Positions 57,144 to 64,000 of a stretch of DNA of 64,000 nt are shown here, in pieces (position 1 is the first letter of the stretch; each line of letters opens with the position of its first letter). The DNA is taken from the IMG/VR virus record IMGVR_UViG_3300020183_000039, positions 22,570 through 86,569 of that record, one strand, 5' to 3'. The position numbers and the translations under genes are program-made. The stretch is from a virus. The notes beneath the pieces were generated by a model. It worked only from the letters and a program-made list of their open reading frames with translations, made no database searches and was not told the origin of the DNA.

Positions 57144-57512
57144 GTGTTGATTATGGAGACTACTCGAGAAAGTTCTCGAGATGGTGGACACTTCTTGGAC
57201 TGGTAATCCCTGAGGGGAGGAACTGCCCCTCCCCGATGGCACTAGCCTCAGGCTTACGGTCGGGTGACCGTGTAGCCGTGATCCTCGAGCAGAAGGATCG
57301 CTTCCGCGATCATGCTGGGCTCTGAGATCGGCTCGTCGTTCGCCATGTCGTTGACCAGAGTCTTCATCTGAGCGAGGCTTTCCAGCATCTGCTGGTCGGT
57401 CTCGTCCGAACGTTGCTTCAGTTCAGCGATCTGAGCGGCGAACGTGTCTGCGATGATTCCCATCGGTTGGATTGTGTAGGCTCCTGACGGTTTCCCGCCT
57501 GAGACCACTATA

Positions 57513-57857
57513 TCATACCTGGCGCTGAATGGTCTGTCTCGAGAGGCAACTCGCCCTGAGTTTCTCGAGTATAGTCGCGAGCCCCGCCTCTGGGTCGGCA
57601 TGATCTCCGCATGTGTAGATGTCCAGCGCGGCCTTGTTAAGCTCGGGCCACGTGTGGATGGAGATATGCGACTCTGCTAAGAGCAGGAAGGCTGTGATGC
57701 CGTGAGGGCTGAACCGATGGTAGGCGGTCTTGAGGATCGTCGCGTGAGCGGCCTTGGCTGCTAGAGTCATGGCCTCAAGGATCAGTTCCGCGTCGTCGAG
57801 CAGGAACGGGTCCTCGGACTTGATGTCCGCGATGATGTGGCGTGATATGGGTGTCAA
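57513..57857 (-). CDS. speD: S-adenosylmethionine decarboxylase proenzyme
   Basis: HRFSPHG.T...LLAESHISIHTWPE...DIYTCG, with the E-S autocleavage site. Confidence 0.92.
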   Translation of the reverse strand: MTPISRHIIADIKSEDPFLLDDAELILEAMTLAAKAAHATILKTAYHRFSPHGITAFLLLAESHISIHTWPELNKAALDIYTCGDHADPEAGLATILEKLRASCLSRQTIQRQV

Positions 57858-57929
57858 TTCGGATACGCGAACACCAGCATGAAATCATACCCTGACCGGG
57901 TAAAAGTGAATCACGAGCTAGCTACTTCC

Positions 57930-59210
57930 ATGAAACCTAGTAAGGATTGCCTCGATCTGATCAAGAGCTTCGAAGGCTACCACAAGAGACTGCCTGACGG
58001 CTCAGCGGCCGCCTACCTCGATCCGGTCAACATCCCGACGATCGGGTGGGGCACCATCCAGTACCCGGACGGAAAAGCCGTGCGGCTGGGCGACGTTCGC
58101 ACAGAAGCTCAGTGCACTGAGTACCTGATGCACGAAGTCGAAGGCAAGGCGGCGGCTGTGGAGAAGCTGGTCAAGGCGCCGATGACGCAGTCGATGTTCG
58201 ACGCGCTAGTATCTTTCGCTTACAACGTCGGAGCCGGCGCGTTCCAGGACTCAACGCTACTACGCATGCTTAACACCGGCAACTACGAGGCTGCCGGGCA
58301 ACAACTGCTGGTGTGGAACAAGGGTGGCGGGCGTGTCCTGCCAGGCCTGGTACGTCGTCGGGACTCCGAGATGGCCCTGTTCTTCAAAGACGGGCGCAGT
58401 GCTGGTGACGCTCAGCCGGCAAAGCTCACTCGGATCGTGGCCAAGGTGGGCACCTGCCTCAAGAAAGAACCTCTCCCGTCCTCAGAGCTCGACAAGAATG
58501 AGAAGGTCGCCGTGCCGGTGGGTCAGAGCTACGACATCGTGTGGCAGAGCAAGGAAGCCGATAACCACATCAAGGTGAGCCTAGCATACGGAGCCGGTAA
58601 CTGGTTCGTTTACGCTCCGCACTGGTCCGGGTTGCAGCAGTCCGCTCCGGCCCCCAATCCGGCTCCTTCTAAGCCGGGTAGCAAGACTCTCAATGTCCCC
58701 TACTACTCGCAGCGCGACAACGCTACGCAGGGCAACGATAACTGGACGCGCACGTGCTTCAGTTCCAGCTGCGCGATGCTCGCAAAGTTTCTGAAGCCGA
58801 GTAGTATCACGGGTGACGACGACTACATCACGAAGCGTCGGAAGTTCGGAGACTCGACCGATCCGAACGCACAGGTGGCCTGCCTGCGGTCTCTTGGCAT
58901 CAAGGCCAGGTACGTGCAGAATCTGAACAATACCGATCTCGTCAAGCAGATCGACCGTGGAGTGCCAGTGCCTGTCGGAATCCTGCACCACGGGCCTACT
59001 TCGGCTCCTACTGGTGGCGGCCACTGGATCATCGTGATCGGGTACGACGACACTGGCTTCATCGTGCACGACCCGTGGGGAGAGATCAATAACGCGACCG
59101 GCACGTACTCGTCTAAGAACGGAAAGAGCCTGCACTACTCGTACAAGCTCTTCGACTCTCGCTGGACCGTGTATGGACCCAGCGACGGTTGGGCTGTCGT
59201 GGTCGACTAA
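57930..59210 (+). CDS. Endolysin: GH24 lysozyme fused to a C39-like peptidase
   Basis: IKSFEG...AYLD...TIGWG, FDALVSFAYNVG, GLVRRR..E, followed by VPYYSQRDN...CFSSSCAM...GGHWIIVIGYD...HDPWG. Start set 25 nt after GGGTAAAA. Confidence 0.9.
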   Translation: MKPSKDCLDLIKSFEGYHKRLPDGSAAAYLDPVNIPTIGWGTIQYPDGKAVRLGDVRTEAQCTEYLMHEVEGKAAAVEKLVKAPMTQSMFDALVSFAYNVGAGAFQDSTLLRMLNTGNYEAAGQQLLVWNKGGGRVLPGLVRRRDSEMALFFKDGRSAGDAQPAKLTRIVAKVGTCLKKEPLPSSELDKNEKVAVPVGQSYDIVWQSKEADNHIKVSLAYGAGNWFVYAPHWSGLQQSAPAPNPAPSKPGSKTLNVPYYSQRDNATQGNDNWTRTCFSSSCAMLAKFLKPSSITGDDDYITKRRKFGDSTDPNAQVACLRSLGIKARYVQNLNNTDLVKQIDRGVPVPVGILHHGPTSAPTGGGHWIIVIGYDDTGFIVHDPWGEINNATGTYSSKNGKSLHYSYKLFDSRWTVYGPSDGWAVVVD

Positions 59211-59660
59211 TCGACCCCGTGGTTGAGCTCCGCGTAGATCAACTTTTCGAGGTCGTCCCGTTCCTTACGCTTCTTGGCCTTCTCAAGGCCCCGAACCAAC
59301 TTGCGCAGGCGCTTGATCTCGTGGTGGATCGAGCGCTCTGCCGCCAAGAGCTCGTCGAACTCCATCTTCCGAGTCGAAGCGAGATTGGCCTTGATCTGAA
59401 GCTCGTAAGCTTTGCGCGAGATCTCTTTGAGGATCTCGATCTTGAGGTCTTCCGACTCCATGGTTTCTCCTACTTGAAGCCTTTGGCCGCTTTGCGGTCC
59501 TTGATCTCGATGTAGCTCATACCCCAGCCGCGATTGAGCATCCAGTGATCACGGAGCTCTTCGTAGTCTTCCCAGACGCTGTGCCCGCCTCCGTCAAGAT
59601 GCAACACGTAGTAGTGGCGATCGTAGAGACCGTCGGAGGTCTGCGTGAAAGTGGCTACCA

Positions 59661-60083
59661 TCAGTTACCCTGAGCTGCGGCAAGCAGGTACATGATGCCA
59701 TTCGCGTCCTCGCAGAGTTGCTCGAGGAGATTCACCAGGCCGACGAACATCTTGTCGTCCTTCGAGGCCTCGCGGAGCTTCACGAGAGCCGCATAGTACG
59801 TGGTGCAGTAGCCCATGAGGAAGTTCACAAGCTCAGGTGCCGCAAACGAAGCAAGCTCACCTCCTGGGCCAGCAAACTCTTCAAAGCTCGGATTGTAGCC
59901 CAGAGGCCTGAGTACCTCCACAAGAGTGTCGGTCTTGTCGCCAGCGGTCTCGTAGATGCGGCCAAAGAGGAGATGAGACTCGTAGAAGTTTGGGCCTCGG
60001 ACACTCCAGTGGGCCATACGAGCCGCGATGGACAGGTCGTTCTGAGCTTTGAGAACGTTGTAGGCCAGGGCCGTATTGAGCAT
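59661..60083 (-). CDS. dps: Dps/ferritin-like protein
   Basis: AHWSVRGPNFYESHLLFGRIYE...D.L.E matches the Dps ferroxidase helix. Confidence 0.75.
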   Translation of the reverse strand: MLNTALAYNVLKAQNDLSIAARMAHWSVRGPNFYESHLLFGRIYETAGDKTDTLVEVLRPLGYNPSFEEFAGPGGELASFAAPELVNFLMGYCTTYYAALVKLREASKDDKMFVGLVNLLEQLCEDANGIMYLLAAAQGN

Positions 60084-60193
60084 CGCCGGACGAAGAGCTA
60101 TAGACTGATTTTACCCGGATCAGAGCAGGGTATAACTATTAGGAGATCCTTTAGATCTCACCTGACCCTTAGTCTATCAAGACCCTCAGGAGT

Positions 60194-60565
60194 ATGTACA
60201 ACTTCAAGACCTCTGGCACGGCCATCGTGCCTAGCACTATCGGTAGTGTCGATCGTATGTTCGACGCTTTATTCAACGAGTTTCCCGCCAAGCAGACTCG
60301 CGGCCTGTCGTACGAGATCAAATCCGACGATGACTCGGTCTACGCTGAGGTGGAAGTTCCGGGCGTCGATCCGAAGGACGTCGCGGTGAGAGTAGAAGGA
60401 CGCGCGATTCACGTGGAGACTCCGCGCGGAAACACCTACTTCACCATCGGATCACGCGTGGACGGCGACCAAGTCAAGGCCTCGGTAAAGCACGGTCTCC
60501 TGACCCTGACTATTCCGAAGCGGCAAGCCAAGACGGTCGCCGTGGTAGTGGAGGACGATAACTGA
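60194..60565 (+). CDS. Small heat shock protein (Hsp20)
   Basis: EVPGV.PKDV.V.VEG...VKASVKHGLLTLTIPK. Confidence 0.85.
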   Translation: MYNFKTSGTAIVPSTIGSVDRMFDALFNEFPAKQTRGLSYEIKSDDDSVYAEVEVPGVDPKDVAVRVEGRAIHVETPRGNTYFTIGSRVDGDQVKASVKHGLLTLTIPKRQAKTVAVVVEDDN

Positions 60566-60583
60566 CGAATCGACCAACAACAA

Positions 60584-60607
60584 GGCCGCCCTCACGGGCG
60601 GCTTTTT
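60584..60607 (+). terminator. Terminator after hsp20
   Basis: GCCGCCC-TCAC-GGGCGGC followed by TTTTT. Confidence 0.8.
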
Positions 60608-60658
60608 CATTGTCTGGAGTTTTTCACTCTGGGTGAAAATGTGCTACGAGTGAAACTT

Positions 60659-60811
60659 TCAGACGTCATAGATCCGACACTCGGGAGCGTCAGGGTTGTA
60701 CTTGCAAAAGTCTCTGAAGCCTGAGAAGATGTGGTCGCACTCGTCTTCGATTGGGCAGCCGCAGGGCTTCACATCTCCAGAGTGAAACTTCTCGTCTTTT
60801 GGGTCGTCCAT
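60659..60811 (-). CDS. cp12: CP12-like microprotein (50 aa, not in ORF track)
   Basis: MDDPKDEKFHSGDVKPCGCPIEDECDHIFSGFRDFCKYNPDAPECRIYDV. The C-terminus matches the CP12 C-x3-P-x4-C-R-x-Y-D motif. Confidence 0.75.
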   Translation of the reverse strand: MDDPKDEKFHSGDVKPCGCPIEDECDHIFSGFRDFCKYNPDAPECRIYDV

Positions 60812-60818
60812 AGCAGTC

Positions 60819-61073
60819 TTACAGGGTCTCTACCCGGAAGATTTCGATAGTGACCTGACCGCCGCCGGCACTCACGGCAACGAATTCGCTATCGGGGTCG
60901 TAGTTTGCTACTGTCTCGACTAGACGATCACTGAACGTAGACGGAAAGTCGGACTTGCTAAGAAGCCCGAACATCTCGTCCCACTGGAAGAATTCGCAAC
61001 TACCAGAGTCGTAGAAATGAACTCCCCTGGTGCCGCGGTGCTTGGCGAAGCTTTTTGTGAGATGGGGAGACAT
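60819..61073 (-). CDS. Hypothetical protein, weak resemblance to carboxysome chaperone CcmS
   Basis: GT.G...V..YDP..E.....G.GQV.I..F pattern, recalled from memory only. Confidence 0.35.
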   Translation of the reverse strand: MSPHLTKSFAKHRGTRGVHFYDSGSCEFFQWDEMFGLLSKSDFPSTFSDRLVETVANYDPDSEFVAVSAGGGQVTIEIFRVETL

Positions 61074-61081
61074 GTCGCACC

Positions 61082-61324
61082 TCAGCGCTTCAGGAACTTG
61101 GCCTTGACTTTGGCAGCACCGTAAAGCACTTCGGCTTTCTTCGGAGCCTCGGCCTTAGGAGCTTCCGCTTTGGGCTTTTCCTTCTTAGGCTTATCGGCCT
61201 TAGGAGCCTCGACTACAGGAGCGGGCTCAGGGACTGGAGCGGGCTCTTGAACTTGAACTTCTGCTTGCTGCTCAAGAGCGTTGATCTCGGCCTCAAGGGC
61301 CTGTAGTTCTTGGTCTTCGGTCAT
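61082..61324 (-). CDS. Low-complexity Pro/Lys/Glu protein
   Basis: EAPK repeats, coupled to the upstream gene. Confidence 0.6.
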   Translation of the reverse strand: MTEDQELQALEAEINALEQQAEVQVQEPAPVPEPAPVVEAPKADKPKKEKPKAEAPKAEAPKKAEVLYGAAKVKAKFLKR

Positions 61325-61683
61325 CGTGGCTCGAATCCTTTTGCTTTAACTTCAGGGAAGAAGCCGATCCCTCGTCCAGCTTTGGGTTTCTGGACTCCAG
61401 GAGTTTCGATCTCTTTCGGGTGCCAGGCTGGATAGCCTTTGTGGGCATGCTCGGACTCTCGCGCCCATTCGCGACCCAAACGGGCCTTCTGGAACTCTTC
61501 GCGTGACGAAGGGTCCCGGCCCATAGAGGCGTGGATGCCCGGCTGGGTGCGTTCGACATCGTACGCGATATCCGAGTCGGGCTCTCGCTCTTTCTTGGTG
61601 AGAGCCTTACGGAACTTCTCATCCTCGGCCTTCATCAGGTCTAGGAGCGAAATCACTTTCTCGTTGAACTGGCCGCCGAGCAT
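61321..61683 (-). CDS. Hypothetical late protein
   Basis: GGAGG RBS and upstream GGGTAAAA motif. Confidence 0.6.
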   Translation of the reverse strand: MLGGQFNEKVISLLDLMKAEDEKFRKALTKKEREPDSDIAYDVERTQPGIHASMGRDPSSREEFQKARLGREWARESEHAHKGYPAWHPKEIETPGVQKPKAGRGIGFFPEVKAKGFEPR

Positions 61684-61812
61684 AGGTCCTCCCTGAAGAG
61701 TGATTTTACCCTCGTCTAGCCGATCTCGAGTTCAAGTACTTGCGAGATGACTACGGTGCCAATGCCACGAGCACCCGGCGTAAAAGTGTAGTTCTCGATG
61801 ACGGTCATAGAG

Positions 61813-62361
61813 CTAGAAGCGAGAAGCATCAAAGGATTTTACCTCCTCACATACTTCCATGCCGACGTAGCGGACCCCGATCAGTCCGGGCTCGGCGTAG
61901 CGTTGCGCCTGCGATAGCACGCAAAGCTGGTCTTCTGTGAAGAGAGGAAACTGGCGACGAAGTTCAGGGTCGATCTTGGGTGATGGATTGAGGAGTTTCC
62001 ACTTCTCGACGGCGAAGTCGACCTCGTCTTCCGCTCGGAGAACCGTATTGTGATAATCGTTATCAAAGTACTCGGAGCCCTTGCCGGTCACCTGCTGAGC
62101 GCGCCCGACGATCTTCTTGGCCTCGTCAGGGGTGATCTTCCGGTCAGCGGAGGCCCGACAAGCAGACGAGAAGAGCCGCGCCAAGTCCCCGTCCGGCAGG
62201 ACCTTCGACACGGAGCACACGAGGTCTCTTGCGAACTCGCCATGCTTCGAAGCCAGGAGCACGTTGCCAAAGTGCGCGATAAGAGACACAGCCGTAGCCG
62301 TCCCGATGGAATAGGCCACCCACTGCTTGATGGTAGGTTTTTGTCGTCCGAAGTGGAGCAT
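61813..62361 (-). CDS. Hypothetical membrane-anchored protein
   Basis: N-terminal hydrophobic segment, 182 aa. Confidence 0.55.
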   Translation of the reverse strand: MLHFGRQKPTIKQWVAYSIGTATAVSLIAHFGNVLLASKHGEFARDLVCSVSKVLPDGDLARLFSSACRASADRKITPDEAKKIVGRAQQVTGKGSEYFDNDYHNTVLRAEDEVDFAVEKWKLLNPSPKIDPELRRQFPLFTEDQLCVLSQAQRYAEPGLIGVRYVGMEVCEEVKSFDASRF

Positions 62362-62397
62362 AGCGCATAGAAAAGGAGGGCTCTCGCCCTCCGAGTA

Positions 62398-62496
62398 TCA
62401 CACGACCCCAGCCGGGAGGTTGTGCTTGTACTGCTTAGCGATGCGAGCGTCGCGCCGCTTGATGACACTCAGCCATGTGAGGAATGCGGGCTTCAT
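62398..62496 (-). CDS. 32-aa basic peptide coupled to the DUF4278 gene
   Basis: MKPAFLTWLSVIKRRDARIAKQYKHNLPAGVV. ATGA overlap, followed by a terminator at 62371-62392. Confidence 0.55.
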   Translation of the reverse strand: MKPAFLTWLSVIKRRDARIAKQYKHNLPAGVV

Positions 62497-62645
62497 AGCT
62501 TGCACTCCCCATACGCCCGGTACTTGAGCCAACGGTAGGTGAACCAGCGGGTGGCATCACAGTGGATGCCGTTCCACCAGTCTCTGAACGTGGCCTGGTG
62601 CTTCTCGGTGTCGTAGCGGACACCGCGGTAGGTGGCAATTGACAT
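62493..62645 (-). CDS. DUF4278 small protein
   Basis: MSIATYRGVRYDT...FTYRWLKY contains two YRG-like motifs and lies directly below the riboswitch-like RNA. Confidence 0.75.
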   Translation of the reverse strand: MSIATYRGVRYDTEKHQATFRDWWNGIHCDATRWFTYRWLKYRAYGECKL

Positions 62646-62671
62646 CGGTCCCCCGAAATGTGGTTGACATT

Positions 62672-62903
62672 TCGCGTTCCTTCAGTCGGCGTTTGCGTCC
62701 CCGAACTTGCAATTACGAGGGACGACCTGCCTGATCTCCCAGACCAGATGGTTCCGAGTGTCTCGAGGCATGTCGTACCGATGGAGTTTGTCTACGATCG
62801 TGGTTGCCTGGGAGCAGGTCAACAGGATCGGTAGAAGCAAATCCATGGGATGAACGATCCGTTCCGCGTCGGCTTACTTCCGTCACCAAGGGTGATGAAC
62901 GTG
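62672..62903 (-). promoter_or_regulatory. Tandem glutamine-riboswitch-like (glnA motif) aptamers
   Basis: Unit 1: CGTTCA-TCACC/GGTGA-CGGAAGTAAG-CCGACGCGGAACG. Unit 2: CGTTCA-TCCC...GGGA-CGCAAACGCCGACTGAAGGAACG. Confidence 0.7.
62682..62846 (-). CDS. 54-aa ORF nested in the second aptamer
   Basis: MDLLLPILLTCSQATTIVDKLHRYDMPRDTRNHLVWEIRQVVPRNCKFGDANAD (hand translation). Confidence 0.6.
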   Translation of the reverse strand: MDLLLPILLTCSQATTIVDKLHRYDMPRDTRNHLVWEIRQVVPRNCKFGDANAD

Positions 62904-62911
62904 ATGAGATT

Positions 62912-63124
62912 TTACCTCTCAGGCGGTTCTCCAGCCCACCCGAGTCGTTCCTCCATGATGTCGATGTAAGCCAGAAGCTGCTTGGTCTGGTGAGTCATGC
63001 GCGTGAGTGTATCGATGGCGCTAGCCAGATTCTCCACGAGCTCGTCCCGCGGCAGCTCAGCAATGTGGCGTTTGATCGACTCGATGCGAAGTTCTTTCTC
63101 GAGCGGGAGTGGTTCCACATTCAT
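62912..63124 (-). CDS. nblA: NblA-like phycobilisome degradation adaptor
   Basis: LPLEKELRIESI...LPRDELVENL...KQLL aligns without gaps to the NblA pattern LSLEQQF.I.SF...MS.DQ...FL...ELL. Confidence 0.55.
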   Translation of the reverse strand: MNVEPLPLEKELRIESIKRHIAELPRDELVENLASAIDTLTRMTHQTKQLLAYIDIMEERLGWAGEPPER

Positions 63125-63399
63125 GATAGCGAGATGGCCAGGTCTAGAGCTTTGCGAGCGGTCTGAGCGAGTGGTCTTCCGAGGCTGAGTCCTCGTTCGT
63201 CGACTTCCTTGGCCATGACGTGCCGCTGCAATTGGAACCCCAGCAGGTCGTCGTCAGGGCCACATACAGTAGACCACCCGACAGGTTCTACGAAAAAGAT
63301 GCCGGCGTGCGCGATAACACGCCAGCCGACATCTACAAACCCGAGCTCACGCAGAGCGCACTCGAGCTTTAGAGAGTAGCAAGCGTCCTCCAGGGTCAT
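63121..63399 (-). CDS. Cyanophage-type hypothetical protein
   Basis: CYSLKLECALRELGFV.VGW...HAGIFFVEP. Upstream GGTAAAA motif. Confidence 0.6.
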   Translation of the reverse strand: MTLEDACYSLKLECALRELGFVDVGWRVIAHAGIFFVEPVGWSTVCGPDDDLLGFQLQRHVMAKEVDERGLSLGRPLAQTARKALDLAISLS

Positions 63400-63671
63400 A
63401 CTCTCCTTTGAAGCTAAAAGGGTTTTACCACCTCATCGGTTGAAAGGAGAGCGGTAGAATCGACGGAAAGCCGTGATGACGATAATCGCCGTAGAGATCA
63501 CTCCGACGAGTCCGAGGGCTGTGACGAGATCTCCGGAGAAGCTGTAGGTTGCAGGCATTCTGGTACCATGGCTGACAGACTATTATAGTCTAAGCCTGGC
63601 CAAGTATCCATCAAGATCTGGAGAGTGTTACCAGAACTCGAGAACTCAAAATACTCTTTGTAAGTGCTCAT

Positions 63672-63697
63672 AAAGAAAGCCCCGCCGAAGCGGGGCC
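63672..63697 (-). terminator. Terminator after psbA
   Basis: GGCCCCGC-TTCG-GCGGGGCT followed by TTCTTT. Confidence 0.85.
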
Positions 63698-63708
63698 CAA
63701 TGAAAAGA

Positions 63709-64000
<292 letters not shown>

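Noticed and set aside
40224-63697. Identical repeat of about 25 bp near 40230 and 63680 as an att site or mobile-element end
   Set aside because: Both copies are UUCG terminator hairpins placed after stop codons.

Overview
The window is 64 kb of a large tailed dsDNA cyanophage (roughly 58-60% GC by eye, almost entirely minus-strand coding). It is a non-T4-like myovirus, probably related to the S-TIM5-type lineage that encodes a mitochondrial (Pol gamma)-like DNA polymerase. 1-25 kb is the virion module: spike, giant acidic fibre/baseplate protein, baseplate J, tail tube, major capsid, Mu-like protease/scaffold, DUF935 portal, a 1305-aa sheath, and tail chaperones with a -1 frameshift. 25-32 kb is a DNA-metabolism block: a ThyA-like enzyme carrying the Asn->Asp change that switches specificity to dCMP, a nucleotide kinase, the Pol gamma-like polymerase and an MBD4-like glycosylase. 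I propose this block as a cytosine-modification-and-repair system, the top finding. 33-39 kb holds a kinase, three phosphoesterases, an RNA ligase, two tRNAs and structured RNAs. 40-57 kb is an early region of small ORFs with sigma70-like promoters, plus a lone GyrA/ParC-like subunit, a DNA ligase, a DUF932 protein and a 5'-3' exonuclease. 57-64 kb holds host-takeover genes: speD, endolysin, Dps, Hsp20, an unannotated CP12-like microprotein, tandem glutamine-riboswitch-like aptamers with an ORF nested inside one of them, DUF4278 peptides, an NblA-like gene and the 3' end of psbA. All family assignments come from motif recognition by eye; no searches were run.
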